A stretch of 64,000 nucleotides of DNA from Haliotis rufescens (taxonomy: Eukaryota). The notes under the pieces are model-generated. The model made no database searches, had not been told where the DNA came from, and worked only from the letters and a program-made list of their open reading frames with translations. The stretch spans positions 48,670,001 to 48,734,000 of the forward strand of contig NW_025964383.1 in assembly GCF_023055435.1 (NCBI RefSeq), in the 5' to 3' direction. Positions within the stretch are counted from its first letter, which is position 1. Each line of letters opens with the position of its first letter. The translations under genes and the position numbers were made by a program. This document shows, one piece after another, positions 1-12,605 of this stretch.

Positions 1-189
1 TCCTTTTCTCACCCAAAAGGTTTTCTAAGTCAACGTAGCAGAACACAATACTCGCTTACCGGAACTGAATTCGGGTTTTATTTTACTGTCAGCCACTTAG
101 TTTTAAAGTTTTAGATTTATCGATGAATCAAGTTGACATTCACGTGTCACGTTTTTTGTCAAACCTTTTGGACGTTGCCATGAAAACAG

Positions 190-540
190 TCAACACACTC
201 TGAGGAACGCCTGACGCAGTTCAGCTGCAGTTGTTGGCCTTGTTCTGACGTCATTCAGCCCTCTTTGAATCTCGTCCCACAGGTGCACAATGGGATTTAA
301 ATCGGGCATGAGGGCAGGCCATTGCATGGTTCTGATGCCATTCTGCTGGAGGAGGTTTCTTGTTGCTCTCGCAGTATCGGCCAGGGAGTTATCATGCTGA
401 AACTCGTGGTTGCGGCGACGTGCCAAATGAGGTATGGCGTGTGGTCTCGAGACTTGATCAATGTACCGACCTGCTGTGACACCATTGCCTCTCCCTGGAC
501 CGATGTTCTGGAAGGCCACAGGCACTTTTGTTGTTCAGTA
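190..540 (-). mobile_element. Tc1/mariner transposase C-terminal (DDE) remnant joined directly to a terminal inverted repeat
   Basis: The translation contains FQHDN...MQWPALMPDLNPIVHLW, matching the Tc1 motifs FQQDN and WPxxSPDLNPIExLW. Bases 517-540 (cacaggcacttttgttgttcagta|TA) match the TIR at 10921-10946. Confidence 0.85.
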
Positions 541-799
541 TATATTGTACTGCCATGCGACGGTGACCTGTAAAGAAACCAGACAATCAAGGATGAGGAT
601 TGTTTTCAGCTTGGATGTAAATAATTGAAAATATGCCAAAAGTCGCCAGGCAACTGGATGCACTTGCTGGAGATGACATTCCGTCTCACATAAAGCTAAA
701 GGGCAATTGATGAAATGCTAGGAATAGCCTTCAGAATATCAACTTTTTATCGACTACTTCTTTATTGTTTATAACGCCTATTTCAGGAGAACCAATTTT

Positions 800-975
800 A
801 GTTAACCACGTTTAGAACGAACACGCTTATAACGAACTGACGGATATAACAAACTTATCTTTGTTGTCCCGAACATTTGCTGTATGAGAGGTGTATATGC
901 TTATAACGAACTACGGTTATAAGGAACTAAAATGAGTGGTCCTTTTGAGTTAGTTATTACCGTCGTTTGCTGTAC
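800..975. mobile_element. pogo/Tigger-like MITE remnant (paralogues at ~11208-11380 and ~22265-22436)
   Basis: Internal repeats of gcttataacgaac and a ...gtttgctg|TA end, which is typical of Tc1/pogo-type MITEs. Confidence 0.45.
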
Positions 976-1385
976 TGGGAGATTTGGCTTGGATAGTCCT
1001 CTGTGTGTGTCCTCTGTCTTTTTTCATTCAGAACAATCCAACACTTAGGTATTATGTTTTCCTACTTGCACTCAATAATGTCTTAATTTCACTGGTTACG
1101 GCAGTGTCTCCTCTGTATGGCGAAGGCGTTCAGTTTAGCTCTAGAGGTGTCATATGTGCCTTGTGATACTTTGTGGTTCTATTTACATTTTGTGACATGT
1201 TTTCAACACAATCACATGAAATTACTAAACATGAATCGAATCGCTAAATCAGAAAATGCTCTTGGTTAGAGAGAGTGAATGAGTGAGTATGGTTTTATGC
1301 CACTTTTATTAATATCATTTATCGTTATCAGAGCCATCATTTCCACGTCGGACTTATATGAACACGTTTATGTGGCACAGCAAGG

Positions 1386-1539
1386 ATGGACCTGCATACT
1401 TTCATATTACTCTCCACTCATCTGAGTCAAAGCTGTATGCTTAAAGAATTGGAACCGACGGGCTGCGGACATGCCAGGATTAAAAATGGAATATCTCATT
1501 TCAACATGCATACTCCATATTTGAAGAAGATAAATCGGG
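1386..1539 (+). CDS. Probable upstream coding exon of four-repeat gene copy 1 (MDLHTFILLSTHLSQSCMLKELEPTGCGHARIKNG...INR)
   Basis: Runs from ATG to a phase-1 G|GTAAG donor that fits the phase-1 acceptor at 2557. It is open in all three copies, and 3 of the 4 copy1/copy2 differences are synonymous in this frame. Confidence 0.55.
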
Positions 1540-2556
1540 GTAAGAGCGTACCTTGTTAGTACTTTAGTATCTGCATAACGCGTACCATGTTAGTACTTGA
1601 GTGTCTGAATAACATTGATGGTGAGTTCATGAGTTGCGTTAATACAGCTTTCAGCAGATTTTTAGTATCAGATTAATGTGATTTAAGTCCAAACTGTCGT
1701 TGCTCTGATATATGTCAGAGTGGTCGCCATGAAAGCCAGTAGAATATATAGATTCAAGGTTAATAGTGATGAATTAGAACCTGCGGCAACGTCAAAGTGA
1801 GGCAACTCTGCACTGCATCAACCATGTTTAAGTGAGTCGAGTTTTAACCCAATTTACAATAGTTTATCAGTTGTGTTACATGAATACCGATGGTTTCATG
1901 TGGGAGATTAGACACAAAGATATTGTTTGTTTCTTATATTGAGTGAGAACAGATTCGGTAAGGCATATACAAGTACGTTTTCGGTAACAATCAAGTAGCC
2001 TGCCTACAAACTATTGGTAACCACTCACAACTGGAGTCTTGTGCTGTGACGTGTATGTCCTGGAGATGCAAGGTCTGTAGAATGACGGCAAACTATCGGC
2101 AATTGTCCTAGTTACTTATCATTACAGGACGTTGTTTGTTAGGCTCATCCCATACGTGTTCAGTCTGGCTCAAAGCTGGATTGAAATGCTCAGCATAGAT
2201 CATTCTCTATATCACGACGCTTATGAATTCTCTGCGTGAATGTAGCTGTGCAGGGAATAGGTGCTATCTTGCTGAAAGGCGTATCATTAGTGAAGAGCAC
2301 CGCATACCATTTTGATGCATTCTGATGTCCTGATGCTTGGACCACCCAACGGATATGTCTCGTCAGCTTATTTTGTCATTTCCAACAATCGTCATCGACT
2401 GATGTTGTCACCAGTTGTGATGTCGCATTGTCCACTGTCTGATTGGACACCAAAGAAAATTAAATTAGAAATGTTTACTTCTATAGCACTTTGGTGTATT
2501 CATATGGTTTAATTTGATGAAACTGTATATATTCATGTTCTTGTTTGATTCGACAG

Positions 2557-4028
2557 ATCCGTGTAATCTGAAATGGGTGCAAGTATTACACACAGACCAA
2601 AACGGTGGTGTCATTTCAGGAAGGAAAAGAGACCTACAACAGAGCGTTCTCCATGGGCGAAGAATAAGATTTGTTTTGAATAATACATACCACAATACAG
2701 CTGAGTTCGATTCGTGCACAAAGGTCGATGCAGATGCTTGCTGTCAGTCTATGCCACATGTCTCTGTCTATAACGAAGATGACTTCGATCCATCCGGGTC
2801 CTGGTCGTTAATGATTGTGTGTTCCACAGGGCATATACAGATGAAAACCTATTTCGTTGGTGGCAAGGCTAAATCTGATAAAACCATAAAATCCGCAATA
2901 ATTTGGTTTGCATTGCAAAAGGAAAAAACACAATATCCATCACCAGTTTATGCAAGTGGATACAAAGGAAATGTTTCTGTTAAGTACATAGACGCGCTTG
3001 CTACACATATTCTTCAAGGGTCTTCTGTTGCTATTTCCTGCATTAGTAACATATTTTATACTGCAAACTGCGAGGTGCTACCGAGAAAACATCCTAAATC
3101 AAGAGAAATCAGTTGCGAGGCTATTTGGGTCGTTGGTCAACATCAATACGGTAATCATAACATATTTATGAAAAATGCATACTGGTATTTTCTAATTCTA
3201 ACGTCTTTAGATTCATTTTACCAAAGTAGATGGTATATTGGGAATAACAAGTTTAGGACCAGCAACCGTAGCCATTTTAAAATGAAATGGTTTGTCGATG
3301 ATTGTTGGACCACGCTGCATGTCTCTGAGAGAAATGGATCTCTTAGTAACACATTGATGCATTTAAATTTCTTTGCTGACTGTGGACATTCTGTCAAAGT
3401 AAAATTTGATAACACAATAATGGAGGCAGAAGGTATCCGAATCTCAGGTGATCACCTGTCAGTGTTTTTGATATCATCCTTGTCCAAAAGAAATGCAGAG
3501 TACTTTAGAGAGGATCTAAACTGGGAGTTCAGGGTCGTGAGTACTACAGGAACTATTAGGACATATCGTCCTCTTGTGGGGGCATCGAACGTCACTCATA
3601 AGACAGCTACAATAGAGAGGAAGCCAATAACCTGGTTTGTGGATACAAAGAAGTGGGACCTTGTGTTGCACACTCTAAGGAATACTTCAGTTGTGAGCGG
3701 TTCGATCCTGGCAGTGAGATATGCCATAGCTCATGGTGCAGAAATCAGAATAGCTTTCCGATTTTCTAACGACTCCGGATTTCGCATCTATAAAGCACAT
3801 AACATTCACCTTGGACCCGAGCATCACGTTACAGCACAGGTTGTACGTGCTCTGAAAGAATACGAAGTAGGGAATGAGAACTTTCGACTTGATGATAATC
3901 CATGTTGGTATTTCAAACTAATATCTACCAAAGGGTATGTTGTTAGCACTGAATGGACCCTGAAAGGTGTGATAAATCACGGTCAAAGGTCGGATAAAGC
4001 AGAGATAAAGTGGTTTGCAAACCTTTAA
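2557..4028 (+). CDS. Uncharacterised protein with four ~120-aa internal repeats, copy 1 (main exon; ORF track 2514-4028)
   Basis: Long ORF intact in all three copies. Acceptor ttcttgtttgattcgacag|AT at 2556/2557. Repeating motif WxxVLHT..G..ISG...L...I..G..IR...W.F..vS.tG...I.WF. Confidence 0.85.
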
Positions 4029-5819
4029 AAAAAGATGACTTACACTCCCTGTTATTCATGCGTATACTTCTATGTATTCTTAAATCAGTGTAGGACACTT
4101 CCATGTTCTGGTTGACAGCCTCTGCCAGGAGAACGGAACATCGATCGTTCTACCCCCTTGCTGTGTCATACCAAAAGATGGTACACTGTCTGCCATTAAC
4201 GACTTAGACATGTTAATGGATGTATCATCAAATTGATATATTTGTAGCAAAGGTTTGACAAGTGAGGTCAAAATAAGATCAGCCACTGATGCCGCCGTCA
4301 AAAGGAGAAACTGATAAGTTACCTATTTGTTTGGGTGAAATTTATGCTGCTTTTTGCAGTATTCCAGTATTATCAAGACGGGAAACACCACGAAACGGTT
4401 CTTTATAATATGATGTATAGGGATGTCAAACTCAAGTCGCCTGTGTGACGAACATAGATAGCGAGACCTTAATTAGTGTAAGAAAGCTGCTCACAAGTAA
4501 CTAACAGCAGTTTGTTAACGATACTGGAAGACTGTATTTTTTTATATGTCAAATTATAAAGGTGCGGAAAACTATCAGGCATGTGCAAATGACTGGCAAT
4601 TAGCCTTTTTCTTTTATGACACGTGAGAATTTGAGAATTCTGACATGGATACATATATCGATATGGCTTCAATGTGAGAACATGGCAGATTGTTTTAACT
4701 TCAAGTGAGCATCTAAGACGTGGTCATGCTCATATACTAGGAAAAGGCTTAAAAAAAAAACAAAGTCGAATACGGCGCCTTATTTGCTTTAAAGAGTTGC
4801 TTAATCTTGTATGTTGTACCGTTTGTATGCATGTCTTTCAGTTTGTAATAAACTTATTGTTGTTCTAAACTTGTGTTTGCTGTTCCATATTTGTTTTTTT
4901 TGTAGAGTTAAGAGAATATGAGCTAAACTGATATATATATATGTTTTCTTCATTGGCAAGTCCATCTTGTATGGTCGACCCAAATGTAAAGGTAAAGTAA
5001 AGTGGAATCAGTCGTAAATGACGAGTAAAATCTTACATCACCCGGTTCAAATGACGTTAAACTTAACACTTCAAGACTTTTATTTGAAACGGTGGTCAAA
5101 TGTCATTTGACTATATCATGATATGGCTGTCCCATTTTAAAAAATGAAATTAATAACATACTTCATCAGCGTTGGGAAACCTTTGCGAACGATTTCGAGG
5201 CATTTGCAACTGATATCTCTAAATGATTTAAGAGGAGAAAAAATTGGTGCGAAATCTGTATTTTACGATGATGTGGTTTGAACACATTCATATGTTGCAT
5301 CTCATTCATATATTGCATTTTAAGGCATACGTTCCATACGTTCCTGTGGATATAAACACTGTAATGAAATGTGAAACATGATTGTACAGAAAGTGCGTAT
5401 ACCAGCTACATATGCTTTCCATGCCTGGTGGTGGGTGTGCATGTCAAGCCTGTTAGTGTTCGTGGATTAAACAGACCAATCATGAAGTCATGTCCAATCA
5501 AACTATCTGTCCAGCTTACGCCTGTGTTTAAGAAACGACAATAAGAGTATTATTTCGTCACAAAAGAGTGTGTTTTGAAATTCCTGAACATGTAAAATCT
5601 TTTGTTGGAAAGATAATTTACGGCAACATATATCTCTCGGTTTCACAGAGATAATCTAAACTGTAAGCCATGCATGAGGCAGCTTCCTAACTGGAAACTA
5701 TGGGCCCCTAACATTTTACATTGGAATATCATTTCCGTTGGCATATCAAATGTCGACACGCTAATTCAGGTAACTTTACACTGTGTTCTCAACCTTCTTC
5801 AAATGCAAGTTAACGCAGA

Positions 5820-6771
5820 GAGACGAAGTCACTGCCCGGAGAGGTGAGACGGAGTGAGGGTGAGGGGTAGAGGTCACAGGGGAAGACGAAGCCACTGCCC
5901 CGAGAGGTGAGACGATTTGAGGGTGAGGGGTAGAGGTCAGAGGAGCAGTTAAAGTAACTGCCCGGAGAGGTGAGACGGGGTGAGGGTGAGGGGTAGAGGT
6001 CAGAGGAGCAGTTAAAGTCACTGCCCGGAGAGGTGAGACGGGGTGAGGATGAGGGGTAGAGGTCAGAGGAGCAGTTAAAGTCACTGCCCGGAGAGGAGAG
6101 ACGGGATGAGGATGAGGGGTAGAGGTCAGAGGAGCAGTTAAAGTCACTGCCCGGAGAGGTGAGACGGGGTGAGGGTGAGGGGTAGAGGTCACAGTGGAAG
6201 ACGAAGTCACTGCCCCGAGAGGTGAGACGGGGTGAGGGTGAGGGGTAGAGGTCACAGGGGAAGACGAAGTCACTGCCCCGAGAGGTGATACGGCGTGTGG
6301 GTGAGGGGAAGAGGTCACAGGGGAAGACGAAGTCACTGACCGGAGAGGTGAGACGGGGTGAGGGTGAGGGGTAGAGGTCACAGGGGAAGACGAAGTCACT
6401 GCCCCAAGAGGTGAGACGGGTTGTGGGTGAGGGGTAGAGGTCACAGGGGAAGACGAAGTCACTGCTCCGAGAGGTGAGACGGGGTGTGGGTGAGGGGTAG
6501 AGGTCACAGGGGAAGACGAAGTCACTCCCTGGAGAGGTGAGACGGGGTGTGGGTGAGGGGTAGAGGTCACAGGGGAAGACGAAGTCACTGCCCCAAGAGG
6601 TGAGACGGGGTGAGGGCGAGGGGTAGAGGTCACAGGGGAAGACGAAGTCACTCCCTGGAGAGGTGAGACGGGGTGTGGGTGAGGGGTAGAGGTCACAGGG
6701 GAAGACGAAGTCACTGACCGGAGAGGTGAGACGGGGTGAGGGTGAGGGGTAGAGGTCACAGGGGAAGACAA
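5820..6771. repeat. 63-bp G-rich minisatellite, ~15 units
   Basis: Unit gtcactgccccgagaggtgagacggggtgagggtgaggggtagaggtcacaggggaagacgaa. Confidence 0.95.
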
Positions 6772-8539
6772 GGTCTAATCAACTAGCAGCCGAGTCCGAG
6801 TTGGTTGTTGACGTCAGGTTTGTAATGGCAAATCTAGTGATTGGAGTCCTTATACTCCAGAGGGCTGTGTTTTTACACACCCGTGGGTGAGAAACCCGTT
6901 TGAGATAACTGGTATCAAACAGATGCGTGAGATCGATTTCCAGGCCCGTGATTGGCTATTCCATGGTGATGACCTGAGGTCAGATTATGACGGAGTACTT
7001 TCCTGATTGTAAGTTATTGCCCGTGCTTCATTCGAATGTTATGTGGAATATTGCCGAGGGAAAGTGTAGCAAAGCAAACAAACATATCACCAAACATATA
7101 TTGAGTTATTGCAAGTGTTTACTGTAGTGGGATGAAACTTGTTACATAACCTCTTGTGTCCTGATAGTGATACGGTTTTGAGTGACCTTCATTGTAGGTC
7201 AAGGCCACGTGAAAAAAAGGTAATTCGTAATTAGTTCAACATAAATGTTCAAAACACACAGTTGACATATAACTCTCCAAATTCAGTCCGTTGTAGGGTT
7301 GATGGGTTGTAGCAAAAGCTACATTTCTCCAACAAATTTGATCAATTAACATTCTTCTATTGACTTTTCATGTGTTCTTCTTATTAGTAAGTTACCAATA
7401 ACCCCCAGTAAATAATACGAATACGAAATAAATGCCTCTTGGAAGTGGCAGAACTTGACCTACATACAAAGTCAACTCACAACTTTCAAAGGCTGCCAAC
7501 CTTGTTGTTTACACTCTCCATGCCTCTGACGAAGCAACATGACAACCCCGATCTATGCTGTTGATCAACATTCACCTATGTAGATAAACTGTGGATGAGC
7601 CTGCTGGTACAACGTGATTGACAATAGAACTACACAGAGCATGACTGATCATGAACGATCAGGTTGCATTTTGGCATGAGGGTTTTAAAATCTATATCAA
7701 CGAAATTCGACGCCAGTACGTGAATAAAATGTGACAGTTGTGGCCTGACATAGTGCTTCGTGTATATTTTCCGTAAGTGTGCGTGTTCTGAAAAGCTGGT
7801 GTGACCAAGTGCCTGTGCTGTGACTTCAGTGATGTTGGGACATTTGTGAGTGGCCTTTCAAAGGGGGGAGTGTTTACCGATGGTCTTTCAAATACTCTCT
7901 TGACAAATCGTGAAGGTGGTGGTTGAGTAAAGGAACATTGTACTATACGACGCTCTTGTAAAATAGACAGTGCCTTGTACCAGTGCACATGAGCAATCGG
8001 AACCGGAACCGGAACCGGATAAAATTATAAACACGCCAGTGTTTCAACCTGTTCAATACTTAATTAGTTATTGTCATTTCACGCTGATTCTCTCAAGTAA
8101 AGTGAGCAAACAAATAGAAATCGGTTCTTATTAAAAGTCGTAGCCAAACAAACCCACATCAAACGTACCGTATTTTCTCTATTCATACACTTGGTCGTCT
8201 ATTAATTTCACGAAAGCTGTTGACCCAGCTTGTATTACAAACCTTTCTTGCATTTGAGACCCATCGTCTAATATATTGATAGGATATACAATTCTTTTGT
8301 TGATGGACAGCCTTTGTTTATTGGTCTATATGTAGGGTGTCGAGGTATTCATATACACGTTTTTGTGTGTAAAAAGGGCTTAATATGTTTTAAAGAGGTT
8401 TCTGTTGCAAAACGGAGACCTCTTTTTAACCAATCAGAATAAAGCATTCTTCAATGTCATGGCAGAATTACAAATAACCAAGCTTGAAATTGGCTGAACG
8501 TCAATGTCATTGAACCGGAAGTGCAAATATCTTCCTCAC

Positions 8540-8768
8540 TAATAGATCTTCAGCAACCTATGCTTTCCGTAAAAGATGACTGGGCGAATAACGAGATCCT
8601 GTGGTCAGGCTCGCTGACTTGGTTGGTGTATGTCATCGTATCCCAATTACGTTGATCGATGTTCATGATGTAAATCACTCGATTATCTCGTACATACCCG
8701 ATTATTAACAGACCGCCGCCATATAACTGGAATATTGCTGAGTGCGGTTTTAAAACAACAAACAAACA
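8540..8768 (+). mobile_element. Interspersed SINE-like repeat, family B (5'-truncated)
   Basis: Shares ggtcaggctcgctgacttggtt...cagaccgccgccatata.ctggaatattgctgagtgcgg and a (caaa)n tail with copies at 19575, 31003, 34925, 47007 and 60915. Confidence 0.8.
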
Positions 8769-10200
8769 GTAATTACTTAATAATGTACTCAGACGCATTG
8801 GACTCTCTCTCTCTTAGAGCTGTACTGCCTTTGGCATGCGCTTCATTAATTAGAAAAACATATACCAGTAATTAGGCTGGAAGTGATGCCTTCAGGTTCC
8901 TGATAATGTTACCTGGAGGCAAACTTTCTGGTATGCCATCAAACTACAGGCAACTTCAGTCGGCATTCTCGGGCGAGCCACAATTGCAATGTCCTCTTCG
9001 TTAGACTGGGATCGGTGCCTCATGAATCTAGGTGCGACCGTTTGGGGAACATTCCTGGCAATTTCTCGCTCCCTCAGTTCACCGTTGACGACGAGTGCTG
9101 GGCAAGCAGGTCATTGCAGAAGCTCACTTGACTATATGTTAGGTGAGCTATAACATGGCTTCGCAAATTACCTTATAGCGATGATCGGAGTAGTCTGATA
9201 TTAATAAATAAAAGACAGTAAAGTGCCAACATGGAAAAACATGAACTTTGATATTTCGAGATATAAATTCAATACACTGGTTTTCTTTTGTGTTCATTCT
9301 CTGTGAACATTGTCAAGACATTTGAAATCACTCATTGATTTATGAGCAGAAACATTCGGCGCAAAAGCTGTATTCCTCACAACAATGTTGTGATATATTC
9401 TTGAATGTTAGTCTGCATGATTGCCCACTTTAGGGTGAAATAAATATATGCACATAACAAATTCTAGCATCTCGATCATATGTTGCGCAATTAAAGCATG
9501 CATTCCTTGGAACATAAAAAACAGAATGATCTATAAGACATGATTTTTCAGAAGGTGCACCTGCCAATATTGAAAACGAGTTAGTAACATTTACAAAAAG
9601 CTCTGTCAAAATGTTTAATTTGCAGGAATTGGTATTCTATGCAAGATGTAAAAGTATTTGATCCATTTGCTTTGTTTCTACTTGCTCTCTTTCTGTTAAT
9701 TAGTGTTCTGAAGATGACTGAATAACCAAATTGAGGGTGACATATTACCATGTACAGATGCATCCAGCAGAAGCAATCATGAACGGTGGAAATTCCAATA
9801 TCAGAAAGTTCAAGACTTTCATCATGTGCTCTTACTGTGTGCTGTTTTCAGACAAGAAGCAGCAAAAACAGCTTAAGTAAAAACATGCTTCTATTCAAAC
9901 CTATAACACAAACGCTTCCTGAAAACCTTCAACTCTAATGCTTTGACACACTTTAAAGACACGTCTTCAAAGCAGCTGTTATCAAAAGTCAAGTCATCAC
10001 TCATGCGAAATGATGATATCTGTTCAATGACTAATTCCAGAAAAATATTCGGCAAGGCAAGATTTTTCTCCTAACCTAATAATGTCACCGTATACGGCAA
10101 CTAAAGACACCATAAAGTTCAATATTAGGTGCGAACTCGTTAAAGAGGATTAAACACACAACTTGCAGGGTTGGATTTGTGATAATATGACTTTGTAATA

Positions 10201-10946
10201 TACACAACAACAAAAGTTCCTGTGACTCCAATTTTTTAGTGTATTTTTCAAACAAGTAAAGTTTGGGTTTCAATATTGTAGCACATGTATGGAATCAAGT
10301 CACATAAACGCAACTGCTACAGAAAAGCATGCATTACATGCAAAAGTTGACTTTTATGCAAGCCCCATGCATTTCACTACCCAAGAATGTGTATAAAAAC
10401 ATGTGCGTTAACAGGATTCCATATGCATTGTTTAGCATCGTGCTGACAACAACCACTCAGGAAAACGACAAAATTACGCAATTATTTAACATTACGAAAT
10501 GCCACGCCCTTCAGAAAATGAGCGTCTGAGAGCCTTTGGTATGCTTGAAGCAGGATCAGTCAACGTGATGTTGCAAGACACAAAAACACCATTTGGTGTT
10601 TATGGCAACGTTGGCAACAGTCGAATGCAGTCAGAGACCATCCTCGCAGTGGCAGGCCGTGCGTAACCAATTATCGACAAGACAACTGGATTCGAACAAC
10701 ACACCTACGAAATCGATTCCAGCCAGCAACAGTGACTGCAAGAAGCATCCCTGGCCTTCGACGAATATCTTCACAAACCGTACGCAAATATCACGCATTT
10801 TCGGAAATCAGAATGGCAAATTAAACAATTTGAACACTTACAGGCGTCTTTTATCTGTTGCAAACCAAAATTGTTTCAGATTTGGTAAAAAACGTAACTT
10901 TGCATTTAATCTTATTCAATGTCACAGGAACTTTTGTTGTTCAGTA
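10201..10946 (+). mobile_element. Internally deleted Tc1 element with both TIRs and a frameshifted transposase N-terminus
   Basis: Left TIR TA|TACACAACAACAAAAGTTCCTGTGAC; right TIR reverse complement TACTGAACAACAAAAGTTCCTGTGAC. From ATG 10499 it reads MPRPSENERLRAFGMLEAG../RDHPRSGRP../HLRNRFQPATVTARSIPGLRRISSQTVR (Tc1 HTH region). Confidence 0.85.
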
Positions 10947-11681
10947 TTTATTGTACTGCCATGCAACGATGACCTGTTGAGAAACCAGACAATCAAGGAT
11001 GAGGATTGTTTTCAACTTGGATGTAAATAATTGAAAAGATGCCAAAAGTCGCCAGGCAACTGGATGCACTTGCTGGAGATGGCATTCCGTCTCACATAAA
11101 GATAAAGGGCAATTGATGAAATTCTAGGAATAGCCTTCAGAATGTCCACTTTTTATCGCCTACTTCTTTATTGTTTATAACTCTATTTCAGGAGAACCAA
11201 TTACGATTAACAACGTTTAGAAAGAACACGGTTATCACGAACTGACGGATATACCGAATTTATCTTTGTTGTCCCGAACATTTGCTGTATGAGAGGTTTT
11301 AATGCTTATAACGAACTACGGTTATAAGGAACTAAAATGAGTGGTCCCTTTGAGTTAGTTATTACCATCGTTTGCTGTACTGGGAGATTTGGCTTGGGTA
11401 GTCCTCTGTGTGTGTCCTCTGTCTTTTTTCATTCAGAACAATCCAACACTTTGGTATTATGTTTTCCTAATTGCACTCAATAATAATGTCTGAATTTCAC
11501 ACATGGCACTGGTTACGGCACTGTCTCCTCTGTATGGTGCAGGCGTTCAGTTTAGCTCTAGAGATGTCATATGTGTCTTGTGATACTTTGTGGTTCTCAT
11601 TACATTTGTGATATGTTTTCAACACAACCACAAAAAATTACTAAAAGTGAATCGCTAAATCACAAAATCCTCTTGGTAAGA

Positions 11682-11850
11682 GTGAGTGAATGAGTGAGTA
11701 CGGTTTAATACCGCTTTTATTATTATTCTAGCGATATCACGGCGGGGGGACACCAGAAATGCGGTTTACACATTGTACCCATGTCGGAAATCGAACCTGG
11801 GTCTTCGGCGTGACGAGCGAAAACTTTAACTTCTAGATTACCCTACTGCC
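11682..11850 (-). mobile_element. tRNA-derived SINE, family A
   Basis: B-box ggttcgatttcc on the minus strand, (actc)n tail, near-perfect TSD cctcttggtaaga / cctctttgtaaga. Confidence 0.85.
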
Positions 11851-12451
11851 CCTCTTTGTAAGACCGAATGACATGAAAAGAGAATGTTACATATGATTGA
11901 GTGTGATTCATAATTTAATTATATTTAATAGTTATCCATAAAGGCTGTATTCGGATCTATTCCAAAGAATTTTAGCATTTTATTCTGTGTAAAAGAACTA
12001 TACATTTTCGACGTATCTGACATGGGAGCTCCGTCTTGTAGTACTATTTCTCTAGTGTGTGTATGCTTTTATGTGTTTGTGTAAGCGTTTGGTGTTTGTG
12101 TCTCGAATTGCTAGATAAGTATACCTAAAAATGTGAGTTGACAGACAAAGGATTTAAATGCAATTGTTTGGAATGCCAGACTAGATTGGCCCTAGACTAC
12201 TCTCCCTGTTTGTACGCCAACTCCATCTGCTTGAGGCTGATTGATTGTTTTCTTCTGCTGTCAAGTCATGTGCCGCCGTCGGAATTCTGATAGTTTGAAT
12301 GTATCATGTTCTCTATGTGATTGAATATTCAGTTATGCTTATACGTGTACACCTCTAACTGGTTGAGGTGGTATTCATTCTGAATCATCGTTATCAGAGG
12401 CATCATTTATACGTCGGACATATATGAACACGTTCATGTGGCACAGCAAGG

Positions 12452-12605
12452 ATGGACCTGCATACTTTCATATTACTTTCCACTCATCTGAGTCAAAGCT
12501 GTATGCTTAAAGAATTGGAACCGACGGGCTGCGGACATGTCAGGATTAAAAACGGAATTTCTCATTTCAACATGCATACTCCATATTTGAAGAAGATAAA
12601 TCGGG
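12452..12605 (+). CDS. Probable upstream coding exon, four-repeat gene copy 2
   Basis: Paralogue of 1386-1539; open, with a phase-1 GTAAG donor. Confidence 0.55.

Noticed and set aside
2128-2512. Middle exon or small ORFs upstream of the main exon (also 13205-13573 and 24364-24690)
   Set aside because: The candidate acceptor leads to stops, and indels differ among the copies; at most a decayed exon.
5776-6771. 331-aa mucin-like ORF (and paralogous ORFs at 16782-17713 and 27917-28225)
   Set aside because: It is a translation of the 63-bp VNTR. It has a non-ATG start, a frameshift in copy 2, only ~5 units in copy 3 and no convincing in-phase acceptor.
8860-10130. Possible decayed coding or transposase sequence in the array spacer
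   Set aside because: No recognisable motif or sustained ORF by eye.
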